This document shows positions 18,203 through 28,463 of a stretch of 64,000 bases of DNA, piece by piece. Below the pieces are notes generated by a model. It was not told where the DNA came from and ran no database searches. It saw only the letters and a program-made list of their open reading frames with translations. Numbering within the stretch: position 1 is the stretch's first letter; each line of letters begins with the position of its first letter. The position numbers and the translations under genes were made by a program. The DNA comes from Methanobacteriota archaeon (GTDB taxonomy: Archaea; Halobacteriota; Bog-38; Methanoflorentales; Methanoflorentaceae), in the NCBI GenBank assembly GCA_963720465.1, contig OY970393.1, forward strand, positions 1,408,001 to 1,472,000. Direction: 5' to 3'.

Positions 18203-18453
18203 AGTAGTCGTTTTCGGCTGACCTGCATTAAAACCTTTTGCGCCAAGAGACCAGCTTTCGTGCTGCGGTCACCACGATGTGGTTAAGGCGATTCGGCATC
18301 TTTGGGTGCTCACACAGACGCGTGCTTTTACGGGGGGCTGTGCTCGTGCTCAGCCATGTTCTCGCAGCCGATTTGGCTAAAGAGTTGACCCCCAGTCAAA
18401 CCGTTGAAGGCGGCGTGCAAAATCCATACACTCGCGATACGGGCTGAAGGAAA

Positions 18454-18621
18454 AACCGCACCAAAAGCGCACCAAAATGTAACCACCTTCTGCCTCTCGC
18501 AATCACGTTTAGTGGGCATCGGTTGAGTGCGAGGGGGCAACAGTCTTGCCTTTCTTACGCTCGACTCCTTATCAAGCATTGTTTATTATTAACATATTTT
18601 TATAAATTAATGTAAATTTTA
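18454..18621 (+). repeat. Left copy of inverted boundary module (11-bp-period repeat + AT-rich block)
   Basis: AACCGCACCAAAAGCGCACCAAAATGTAACCA (18454-18485) and AT block 18584-18621 match the reverse complement of 41414-41445 and 41296-41333. Confidence 0.8.
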
Positions 18622-19226
18622 ATATTGGTCGTCTGTCGAGGGGCGTTATGCAACGCGAGCACACCTGCGGCAACTCTCAGCGCACTCTGCTAGTGCGAAG
18701 TAGCTTTGAGGCACACAGGATGTGTTCGATGCGATACCGCGGATGTGTAACACTTTCGCGCTTCACAAAAGGTTGGTATGCTGTGCAGCTAATGGGAATA
18801 CGAAAGAAATTGAGCAGTGGTTCGAGAAACTCGACAGGCGCATCGTGTAAGCATGTGTAGCATCATTGACTTCCGGCAGCAGGGCCTAACACAAAGAGGC
18901 AACAATTCACTACGATGGAACACGTGGACTACGGAGCTCTCAAGCGCCATTTGCGACTCTCTGTCGAGAGTGGATGTCGCTGATCCTGGTGCCCACGCTG
19001 CACAGCCAACGCTGATCACGCCGTCATCAGGCGGACTATAAACGCTTGGCCTCTGCTCGCAGGAGCTAAAGAGGTATATGAACAACATTCGAACGTGCGT
19101 TCTCAGACTCGCATTCGTCGATAGCGACGCTGCATCCCGCATCGCCAAGGGGAATGCTGGATGTGACTTAATCTGGTGGCGCAAGGACGTGATGCACCCA
19201 CAGCGAAACAATGAGTGGGGTGTGCC

Positions 19227-19739
19227 ATGAAGGACATAGAGACGAAGCTTAAGTGCTTCAAACTGCGTGCGCAGGACAAATCACTTGCAACTATTGCGGC
19301 TACGGTCGGCGTGCGGAGACAGACGGTGGCGAATTGGCTCAACGAGCACCATGAGGAAGTCGAAAACCTGAAGGCGATGGAACTCGACGCTTTGCGCGAG
19401 GCCTGCTGGATGACGACGCAAGCGCGCATAGAGCGCCTGAGCGCGAGGCTCGAGAAGATCACGGTCGAGCTGGAAAAACGTGACTTTTCCGATCTCTCGA
19501 CGGAGAAGCTCCTGGAGCTGGAGCGGAAGACACGCACGGAGCTTGCCAAAGAGTTCCCTGAGCCCCGCATCCGCAGTGACATCCGCAGTGAGGAGGAGCT
19601 CCGCGACGCGAAGGCCACGAGAACGTCGCCCGATCTCCATCCATTCTCCCAACTGGCGCAGCAGGGGGGCGATACTACGCTGTTGCTTGAGCCCGAAGAA
19701 AGCGGCAATGGACGAAAACGGTCACGCCACGCTGATTAA
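19227..19739 (+). CDS. HTH-domain protein with coiled coil, of a type seen in mobile islands
   Basis: LRAQDKSLATIAATVGVRRQTVANW HTH; NLKAMELDALRE; ELEKRDFSDLSTEKLLEL. Confidence 0.75.
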   Translation: MKDIETKLKCFKLRAQDKSLATIAATVGVRRQTVANWLNEHHEEVENLKAMELDALREACWMTTQARIERLSARLEKITVELEKRDFSDLSTEKLLELERKTRTELAKEFPEPRIRSDIRSEEELRDAKATRTSPDLHPFSQLAQQGGDTTLLLEPEESGNGRKRSRHAD

Positions 19740-20347
19740 ACGAGGGGCCGCTATTACTAGTGCTTATTGTCGCGTGACTCTTGTACCTCGTAACACGAAG
19801 AGCGGGTGGCGAGTCGATGCTCGATTAGGCTCCTAGCAGATTCACCGCGTCAAGGCCCATTTAACTAGCTCAAAACGAGAACCCTCCTTGCGACAGTTAG
19901 CTGATTAGTCACTTTTAAAGTATTATTGGATCATTGCGGGATTGATTGTCCGAAAGCGTTGCCGTGCTGCGGCACTACCGGTTACCACAGGCTCACAGAA
20001 GTACCTTCTTTTTTTGACCGCGCGCGCTACTGAGTATTGAGCGCATAAGCGGGAGACTGGCGCGACCTGGTGCTCTCCGCTAGTATGCACTTGCAAACTG
20101 CTGCAAGCATCCTTCGATCGTGGCGTTCTGTCTAACGTTGTGTTTTCTGACTCGATATTCACTGCCTTTCCCACGGAAGGCATCGCATCGCGTAAGTAAC
20201 TGAAATTGTCTTTGTTAGTTAACTTTTAACGAATTGGACGATTTGACGCTACTGAACGGGGCAACGGACGAGCAAATCAGGCGTGACAAAAGAGGAGATC
20301 GCCAGTGCCTATGGACAACGAGATACGGCGAACAAGCGAGGCGATGG

Positions 20348-20800
20348 ATGGAGACCGTGGCTGTCATCATTCCGACGTTAAACGAGAAGCGCTCTATCGG
20401 CAAGGTTATCGACGGGGTGCCTGTTGCCGATCTCTTGCAGAGTGGGTTCGAGCTGCCGTGTACGTGATCGATGGGCAATCCACCGATAACACGAGGGAGA
20501 TCGCAGTCAAAAAGGGTGCCCAACTCATACTCGAAGAGCGGCAGGGAAAGGGTCAGGCAATTCAAACGGCGTTTAAGTCTATCAGTGCCGACTACGCGAT
20601 TATGGTTGACCGGGACGATACGTACCCGATCGAACTGGCGACGGAGATGACCCGCCTGCTGCAGACACACGATGTCGTCATCGAATCACGACTCAAGGGC
20701 ACCATTGAGCCGCGAGCCATGACGAGACTGAACGTCCTGGGGAACGCCATGCTTTGCTCTTCGCGCTGTTTGGTGTGCACATCAGCGACGTATGCACGGC
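20348..20800 (+). pseudogene. GT2 (dolichol-phosphate glycosyltransferase-like) pseudogene
   Basis: VIIPTLNE start, frameshift near 20450, DGDD changed to DRDD, GSR changed to ESR, homology to the neighbouring paralogs lost after about 20800. Confidence 0.85.
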
Positions 20801-20854
20801 GATATGCGCCTCCGGTGCTCTCCGCACGAGTCGCGGCATAAAACAAGAAATACA

Positions 20855-20961
20855 GTGTAACACTCGGGTGTCACACGCATTTATATACAGCGGAATAACG
20901 GGTCGTTCATAGGATTTACTGCAAGAAGGTGACAATATTGCAGCTGAGTGACAATATTGTC
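20855..20961 (+). promoter_or_regulatory. Promoter with flanking operator-like repeats upstream of GT2
   Basis: GTGTAACAC-TCGG-GTGTCACAC inverted repeat, TTTATATA box at 20880, then GTGACAATATTG twice (20929, 20948). Confidence 0.55.
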
Positions 20962-21060
20962 GTCTATCGACAATCGGCGATGTGCGAAGGGGGAGATATA
21001 AGCTTTCAGCAGGTCGTCGTACCGATGCTACGGATGATATCGAACGATGGAGACGAAGCG

Positions 21061-21843
21061 ATGGATACAGTAGCTGTCGTCATCCCGACGTTAAACGAGG
21101 AGCGCTCAATCGGCAAGGTCATCGACAGCGTGCCTATTGCCGACCTCTTGAACAACGGGCTCAAAACTGCCGTGTACGTAATCGACGGGCGATCGACTGA
21201 CGCCACGAGGGAGATCGCCGTCGAAAAGGGTGCCCAACTCATACTCGAAGAGCGGAAAGGGAAAGGTTCAGCCGTTCAAACGGCATTTAAGTCCATTAAC
21301 GCTGACTACGCGATTATGGTTGACGGGGACGACACGTACCCGATCGAACTGGCGACGGAGATGACCCGCCTGCTCAAGAAATACGACGTCGTCATCGGAT
21401 CGCGACTCAAGGGTACCATTGAGCCGGGAGCCATGACCATGCTAAACGTCGTGGGGAACAAACTCCTCACGCTCCTTGCTCGGCTGCTTTTCAATGTGCA
21501 GATTAGCGACGTCTGCAGTGGGCTATGGGGCTATCGAGGCCAAGCAATCAGAGGTTTAGAGCTCTCTGCTGAGGGGTTTGCAATTGAAGTAGACATGCTT
21601 GCCGAATGTACGCGCAACGGGTTTCATATAGCGGAAATCCCCATCAATTACCGTGCACGACGAGAAAATCCGGCCAAGCTGTCGTCTGTCAGAGACGGGT
21701 TGCGGATCGGTATGTTTTTGATTAAGAAATATTTGAGCCAGAAAAGAGCCCGAAACGTGCTGAACAGCATTTCTGCCAGCGGTTTCAAGAGGTTGCGCCG
21801 TTTGATGTTAGTGATTAGGCAACTGACGAAAAAAACGGCTTGA
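21061..21843 (+). CDS. GT2 family glycosyltransferase (DPM/AglJ-like)
   Basis: VVIPTLNEE, IDGRSTDAT, GKGSA, MVDGDDTYP, VIGSR, DVCSG, GFAIEVDM, EIPINYRAR; start 21061 or slightly upstream. Confidence 0.9.
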   Translation: MDTVAVVIPTLNEERSIGKVIDSVPIADLLNNGLKTAVYVIDGRSTDATREIAVEKGAQLILEERKGKGSAVQTAFKSINADYAIMVDGDDTYPIELATEMTRLLKKYDVVIGSRLKGTIEPGAMTMLNVVGNKLLTLLARLLFNVQISDVCSGLWGYRGQAIRGLELSAEGFAIEVDMLAECTRNGFHIAEIPINYRARRENPAKLSSVRDGLRIGMFLIKKYLSQKRARNVLNSISASGFKRLRRLMLVIRQLTKKTA

Positions 21844-22114
21844 TCAAGGGGGATAACTGAGGATAATAACACAAAAGTTGCAAACAGCAGCGGTTAACTT
21901 TTGGCATTTGTGGTATCATTGTTGATAAGAATTAAAATTATTAATAAATAATAACAACTTTTAAATACATTAACAATAGTTAAGTTGTGATACATTAGCG
22001 CGGCAAAATCTTCGCAGCTGTGGTCCGAATTCAAAGTGAAGATCGCACCGAGTTTGACGCTGCTAAACTGAGCAACCGACGAGCAAATCGGCTTGCTCAA
22101 AGGGGGAATCGCCG

Positions 22115-22915
22115 ATGCCACAGATGATATCGCTCGATCAGCGAACAGATGAGGCGACGGAAACAGTAGCGGTTGTCATTCCGACGTTAAACGAGGAATG
22201 CTCAATCGGCAAAGTCATTGATGACGTGCCTGTTGCCGACCTCTTAAAGAACGGGCTCAAAACTGCCGTGTACGTAATCGACGGGCGATCGACTGACGCC
22301 ACGAGGGAGATCGCCGTCGAAAAGGGTGCCCAACTCATACTCGAAGAGCGGAAAGGGAAAGGTTCAGCCGTTCAAACGGCATTTAAGTCCATTAACGCTG
22401 ACTACGTGATTATGGTCGACGGGGACGACACGTACCCGATTAACGTGGCTACGGAGATCGTCTGCCTCTTGCACACGCACGACGTCGTCGTCGGCTCACG
22501 ACTAAAGGGGAGGATTGATCCCGGGGCGATGACGCGGGTGAACATCGTCGGAAATACCCTCCTCACGCTGCTCGCCCGGCTGCTTTTTGACGCGAAGATC
22601 AGCGACGTCTGCACCGGCTTATGGGGCTTTCGACGCGACGCGATTCGGCGGCTCGAGCTCGCTGCACACGGCTTCGAACTTGAAGCTGACATGTTTGCGG
22701 AATGCGTGTTCAAAGGGTCCAGCATCGCGGAAATCCCGATCACCTACCGCGCAAGGCACGATCGCCCCAAGCTGGCTTCCCTAAGGGATGGCTTGAAGAT
22801 AGGCCTTTTTTTGTGCAAACGACGTTTGCGACCAAAAGAGCGCGGCGCACGATCAAGCGCGGAAGGCGCCGATACGGCGGATAGCGGACAGATGCGTGTG
22901 CTGCGCCGTGAGTGA
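22115..22915 (+). CDS. GT2 family glycosyltransferase (DPM/AglJ-like), paralog
   Basis: Same motif set as 21061-21843; GGGGG RBS. Confidence 0.9.
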   Translation: MPQMISLDQRTDEATETVAVVIPTLNEECSIGKVIDDVPVADLLKNGLKTAVYVIDGRSTDATREIAVEKGAQLILEERKGKGSAVQTAFKSINADYVIMVDGDDTYPINVATEIVCLLHTHDVVVGSRLKGRIDPGAMTRVNIVGNTLLTLLARLLFDAKISDVCTGLWGFRRDAIRRLELAAHGFELEADMFAECVFKGSSIAEIPITYRARHDRPKLASLRDGLKIGLFLCKRRLRPKERGARSSAEGADTADSGQMRVLRRE

Positions 22916-22916
22916 T

Positions 22917-24164
22917 ATGCGTCGCAGGACAGTTGGGATCGTTGGTGCGCGAGGCATAAACAATTATGGCGGGTATGAGCGAATGCTTGCAGATCTTGTA
23001 CCACGGCTCGTGCAGAAAGGGTACGCGGTTCGCTGCAGCTGTGAGAGACCCACAAACGGAGAGCTCGTCACTGACCACAAAGGGGCGAAACTCGATTACT
23101 TCGCGCTCAAACCCCCGTCCAACTACACCTTGCGAAAAGCGTTCGAGCTTCTTTACGATCTCTTTTTTATTCTCAAATATGCGGCGGTTTGTGATGTGGT
23201 TTACGTGCTCGGCATCTACGGCGGAGTCGCTCTGCTTTTTCCCAGACTGTTCGGGAAGCACGTTGTCGTCAACACCGACGGGCTAGAATGGGAGCGCGCT
23301 AAATACAACACAGTGGAACGAAGCATCATTGTGCTCTACTTTGCCGTTTCACTCAATCTCGCCTCGAAGATCATAATCGACAATGAAGGGCTCAGGCGGT
23401 TTATCAGCGCCCGACACCATTCCAAGATCTGTTACATTCCATACGGAGTTGCCTATCAGCAACCACGAGCATGGGACAAGGCCAAACTGGGCCAGTACAT
23501 CTCTGAGCAGCTCAACGACGGAGCCATAGAACCTAGCAAGTACTGGTTGTTGGTAGCGCGTCTGGAGCCTGAAAACAACATCGATCTGATCGTCCAAGGA
23601 TTCGTTGAAGCACACCCGCAGTACCCCTTATTGGTCGTTGGTGATTTCACGAGTCAGCGCTATAAGACCCAAGTCTATAGGGGGGCATCGAACGGCAGCT
23701 CGGCAAAGGTACACTTTTTGGGCGCGATCTACGATGCGGGAACCCTCAGCATGCTGCGCCAACACTGCCTTGCGTGCATACACGGCCACTCCGTTGGCGG
23801 CACCAATCCGAGTCTCTTGGAGGCAATGGCGTCACGCAATCTCATTATCGCCCACGAAAATCCTTTTAACAAGGAAGTGTGCGGCCCCTTTGCACATTAC
23901 TTCTCTAGTCGCGCTGATGTGAGCAACCTCGTCGCCTCAACTGAACAAAACGAAGACGACTCATCGCTGCTTCGCGGGAAAGCGTTCGAGCGAGCGGCGG
24001 CCTATTCGTGGAACAGCGTCGCTGATCAATATGACGTTTTCTTTGAGCAGCTATCGGAGAAGGACAGTGCGAGCCTGGCGAGCGGAGATAGACTGTTCAG
24101 CTGGGTTTTGAAGCACGTGGGAAAATGGGCGGACATGCCTTGCCTATGGATCGATGAGCTCTAA
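22917..24164 (+). CDS. GT4 glycosyltransferase with DUF1972-like N-terminus (rhamnosyltransferase-like)
   Basis: IVGARGINNYGGYE, NTDGLEWERAK, VARLEPENN, HGHSVGGTNPSLLEAMA. Confidence 0.88.
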   Translation: MRRRTVGIVGARGINNYGGYERMLADLVPRLVQKGYAVRCSCERPTNGELVTDHKGAKLDYFALKPPSNYTLRKAFELLYDLFFILKYAAVCDVVYVLGIYGGVALLFPRLFGKHVVVNTDGLEWERAKYNTVERSIIVLYFAVSLNLASKIIIDNEGLRRFISARHHSKICYIPYGVAYQQPRAWDKAKLGQYISEQLNDGAIEPSKYWLLVARLEPENNIDLIVQGFVEAHPQYPLLVVGDFTSQRYKTQVYRGASNGSSAKVHFLGAIYDAGTLSMLRQHCLACIHGHSVGGTNPSLLEAMASRNLIIAHENPFNKEVCGPFAHYFSSRADVSNLVASTEQNEDDSSLLRGKAFERAAAYSWNSVADQYDVFFEQLSEKDSASLASGDRLFSWVLKHVGKWADMPCLWIDEL

Positions 24165-24393
24165 CCCTCGCCCCAGATGAAGTAGACGTCCCCCTGAACG
24201 ATTCACACGTTTAGAAAAAATTCCAACCTCACCACACATGAGTTGCAGTAGCGAGTTCGTTTTGCGCGCAAGCACACGCTTATGCGACGAGATAGCGCCA
24301 CACGCTATGATCAAGCTTTGCTAAAAAAAAATCTCGAAGCAATACGTTGAAACAGGATGATACTTAAAGCTAAAAGATGAGCGGTGCGCCACA

Positions 24394-25521
24394 ATGAATA
24401 TTCTGTTGACAAACCCCATGGAGACTTTATCTGCTGGCGGAATCAACACGACGATAACGCAGCTCGCCACACGGTTTGTCGAAAAAGGTCACAAAGTAGC
24501 TGTGGTTCAAGGAAATCCTCTACAGCTCAAAAATGAGGAATTGAACTGCGGTTTTACGGTCATTCGTGTTAATTCTCCATTTAGCAGGTTTTTCCACCAA
24601 TTCAATCACAAAATGTACACTCAGTTGAAGCAGTGCTTGGCTCTTTTCGCGCCAGATGTCGTCAACATACATGGCTACGGCTCTTTGCTGTCCCCTGAAA
24701 TAGGGTTCCTTCTAAAGAAACTCATGCGCGTCACGACCCCCGTCGTATTTAATCCCCACTACGATCCTTTAAACCATAATACTTTTAGTGGCAAGCATTT
24801 TTCAAAAGTGTACGACGCCCTCGTCGGACCAAGCTTCTTTGAGATAACGGATCGCGTCATTTCGATCTCTAATTTCGAGGCAAACAACATCCAAAGAGTA
24901 TTTCACTGCCCCGTTCAGAAGATAACGGTGATACCTCACGGTGTAGACAGAATTGATGCTCGGAAACTATTACGCAGAAAAAGGATGGATACAATCGACA
25001 TCCTTTACGCTGGCTATCTCTTAGAGTACAAAGGAGTGCAGTATATTATTAGAGCCCTGCACGAACTGGTTCACAAAAGATCTCTAACCAACGTCAAGCT
25101 GACAATCATAGGCGACGGCGATTACCGGCCAAGGCTTGTAGCTCTTTCAAAAAACTTAGGAGTCTGTGACTTCATAGAATGGAAACCATTCATGCCACAC
25201 GATGAGCTACTAGCTGAACTAGAGCGTGCCGGTATGTTACTCTTGTTGTCTAAGACAGAGGGATATGGAATAATAATCGCCGAAGCCCTTTCAAGGGGGG
25301 TGCCAACAATTGTCACAAGAGGCACAGCCCTTGAAGAGTTCACAAATGAGCCAGGCTGCCTTGGTGTGGACTACCCCCCCGATCCAATGGAAGTTGCTGA
25401 ATTGATTCTGAGAATACACGAAGGCACGATCAACGTCGGACCTTTCAGCGACAAAATACGAACTTGGGACAAAGTTGCCGATGATTACTTGCGCGTGTAT
25501 AAAAACGTGCTAGAATACTGA
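24394..25521 (+). CDS. GT4 glycosyltransferase
   Basis: VIPHGVD, YKGVQ, EGYGIIIAEALSRGVP. Confidence 0.88.
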   Translation: MNILLTNPMETLSAGGINTTITQLATRFVEKGHKVAVVQGNPLQLKNEELNCGFTVIRVNSPFSRFFHQFNHKMYTQLKQCLALFAPDVVNIHGYGSLLSPEIGFLLKKLMRVTTPVVFNPHYDPLNHNTFSGKHFSKVYDALVGPSFFEITDRVISISNFEANNIQRVFHCPVQKITVIPHGVDRIDARKLLRRKRMDTIDILYAGYLLEYKGVQYIIRALHELVHKRSLTNVKLTIIGDGDYRPRLVALSKNLGVCDFIEWKPFMPHDELLAELERAGMLLLLSKTEGYGIIIAEALSRGVPTIVTRGTALEEFTNEPGCLGVDYPPDPMEVAELILRIHEGTINVGPFSDKIRTWDKVADDYLRVYKNVLEY

Positions 25522-25823
25522 TGAGCAATTTGTTTGGTCCTCGCAAAGATGATTCGATCACACGCGCTAGCACAAGTGATATGTTCTGCGGCTGCTTGCC
25601 CCCCAGTCGCTAAAAGCAAGAATTATCATGGCGGATTATTATGGCCGGACAAGGATAGACGGAGACGAAATAAGAAGTTACAGCAACTTTGCAATTCCAT
25701 GGGAAAACCGTTGCGCAAAGCATGCACGCATTGAGCTAAGTCAGAAATGATCGAGCGGTTTGGAATGCTGTCCGAAAAATCGGGTGCAATAGGAACGCAT
25801 ACTGGCGAATTAAGAAATCTGAC

Positions 25824-26793
25824 ATGATTTGTGAGATCTGCAGCAATTCGGACAAAAACGAGATACATCAAGTCAGAGATATGATGTTTGGGCTTGGGAG
25901 ACTCTTCACTTATCTTGAGTGCTCAGACTGTCGATCTCTTCAACTCGTTGATCCACCAAGAGACGTGAAGAATTTTTATCCCCCAGACTATTACTCATTT
26001 CGGAAAGTGAAACACCACGGGCATTCTAATTTTGCCAAAGTAGCTCTAGAAAAAAAAAGAGATCAGTACGCGCTTTTTAAGAAAGGTTTTACGGGGAGAT
26101 TAATTAAAGCAGTTGTTGCTGCGGACTCCATATGCAGTCTAATGGGCAATGCTCAAGTAAGACCAGACTCCAGGGTGCTTGACGTTGGATGCGGCGCTGG
26201 CGCGTTGCTTGATTTTCTACAGGATCGAGGATTTACCGATCTGACAGGTATTGATCCTTACGCACAAAAATACCTTGGCTCTGGGGTGAAAATACTAAAT
26301 AAAGCCATTGAAGATCTTGGAGACGATAAATTTGACGTGATCATATTTCGAGACTCTTTAGAGCATATACTTGATCAGTTCGCAGCTCTTCGAAAGACTT
26401 CAGCGTTACTGAACAAAAATGGAGTTTGTCTAGTTAGAATGCCTCTCAAAACGGAATATATTTGGGACCGTTACGGTACCAACTGGGTACAAATAGACGC
26501 CCCCCGTCATTGCGTGATTCATACTATCAAAAGCTTTGATTTGTTGCTAAAAAAAAACAGATTTGAGTATAGAAGATGTAATATTTGACTCAGAGATACT
26601 CCAATTCGTTGGGAGCGAACAATATTTGGAAAAGGTTCCACTTTTTTCAACAGAATCGTACTATGTGAATCCAACTAAGAGCATCTTTGATGCGAAGCAG
26701 ATTAGGAAGTTTAAAAAGCTTGCCAAGCAGTTGAATAGAACCGGAGAGGGAGATGAAGCGACATTTTGCTTAAAAAAGATCAGGACGGCCTAA
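25824..26793 (+). CDS. Class I SAM-dependent methyltransferase, split by a frameshift in an A9 tract
   Basis: CEIC...ECSDC N-terminus, VLDVGCGAG, SLEHI, DAPRH; the C-terminus (IEDVIFDSEILQFVGSEQY...GDEATF) continues in the 26563-26793 frame after A9 at 26549-26557. Confidence 0.85.
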
Positions 26794-26993
26794 TTTGATT
26801 ATCTTTTGTTGAGGATCTTATTTATGCACCACATAAAAAAGCAATGCCGCGCGCGATATCGACCTCCAAGCCATTTCAGCTCGGTAGCGAAGACAGCGTT
26901 GAATGTCGTTGTTCGTGGAGCACGATCGAGAATTGAAGCGAACATGAGCAAAGAATCTACGAATCTTGTGATGCAGTCGGGCCAATTAAAAGT

Positions 26994-28199
26994 GTGGAAA
27001 ATATGGATATTCTTTCAGTTTCGATTCTCGCTGGGCTAAATAGACCGATAAGTGGCGGGCAAGACAGATATTTTCACCTCGTTCAAGCACTGAAAAAACA
27101 CGGAAATCGCGTTATCGTCCTCGAACCCCAAGAGTTCCTCGACGCAAAAGACCCTGCTCTAGCAAAGATCTATACGCACCCCAATTACCGACTATTTCAC
27201 AGAGGCTGGAGCCTTTTTAAAGATTTAGATATCTGGTTCGTGCGCACGCTATTACTGATCCTGCAAAAAGAGCACGTAGACCTAATTACAATTGAATATT
27301 CCAGCGGAGCCGTGGCGGTGAAACTAGCGAGTGCACTTGCTGGAATTAACGTGCCTATCGTGTACACGCCGCAAAACGTTGACTCGAAGTTTGCTCGCGA
27401 CGTCATATCACAAGTCACAAAGTTCTCCCGACTTGAACGGAAAATAATCCCACCCTACATCGCCTTGTTAGAAAAAATTACGGCAAAATACGTTGCAAGT
27501 CATATTGTAGCGGTCAGTGAAGAAGATAAGGAATTTTTTCGCGGAAAATACAGCCTTGACAAAGAACGCTTAACCGTAGTTCCAAGCGGTTGCGAACTTC
27601 ACGATCTGCTTGATCACAAAGCAAAAAAGGGCATAAAAGCGCAAATGGGGTTCACTCCTAATTCCGTGATTGTCGTATTTCACGGGTCCTTCTTCCACCC
27701 CCCAAATCGAGAAGCAATCGACATAATCAGTAACGAAATAGCTCCAATGTTTGAAACTGACGAGTCAATCGTGTTTGCTCTATATGGAAACGGGGTTCCC
27801 AAATTTGAGCGAGCGAACCTACGGTCATTTGGTTTCGTTACGGACTTGCACGGCGCCATCTCCATAGCTGATATTGCAGTAGTACCTCTGAAAAGTGGCG
27901 GTGGCACAAAGCTAAAAGTCTTTGATTACATGAATGCAGGTCTGCCGATAATCACAACACGGAAGGGAATCGAAGGGATACGTGCCATCGATAATGAACA
28001 CGTGATCGTCGTCGACACTCTCGGTCAGATCATAGAAGCTATCCGCTGCCTAGCTGACAATCAATCGGAGCGCAAAAGGATTGGCTTGAATGCCCGTCGA
28101 CTCGTCGAGCGAGAGTATGAGTGGGAGCGAATTGGACGACAGCTAGATCAACTCTATAGAGAAATCAAAGACACTCACGACCAGGTACGCACAGCCTGA
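26994..28199 (+). CDS. GT4 glycosyltransferase
   Basis: VVPSG, FHGSFFHPPNREA, ADIAVVPLKSGGGTKLKVFDYMNAGLPIITT. Confidence 0.88.
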   Translation: MENMDILSVSILAGLNRPISGGQDRYFHLVQALKKHGNRVIVLEPQEFLDAKDPALAKIYTHPNYRLFHRGWSLFKDLDIWFVRTLLLILQKEHVDLITIEYSSGAVAVKLASALAGINVPIVYTPQNVDSKFARDVISQVTKFSRLERKIIPPYIALLEKITAKYVASHIVAVSEEDKEFFRGKYSLDKERLTVVPSGCELHDLLDHKAKKGIKAQMGFTPNSVIVVFHGSFFHPPNREAIDIISNEIAPMFETDESIVFALYGNGVPKFERANLRSFGFVTDLHGAISIADIAVVPLKSGGGTKLKVFDYMNAGLPIITTRKGIEGIRAIDNEHVIVVDTLGQIIEAIRCLADNQSERKRIGLNARRLVEREYEWERIGRQLDQLYREIKDTHDQVRTA

Positions 28200-28463
28200 A
28201 TTATCAAGCACCTTAAAGAAAATATACAGAAAGAAATCCGACTTCTGCAAAAGCAGGCTAAAAGAAGCTCGAGCGTCAAAGACACGACCACGAAGCATCG
28301 TACTTCGGCACGCCCTCGATGACGAAGAGCTGTCACTTCAGCGTCGATCACCGCACAACTTGCTTATGGTCGACTGTACCTGCCAGTTGAATTGAGGCCC
28401 ACATCAAGCCAAAATCGCAAGCAAGCGTTCAGTTAGAAATAGCCGCAATGAGGAAAAGTACAG

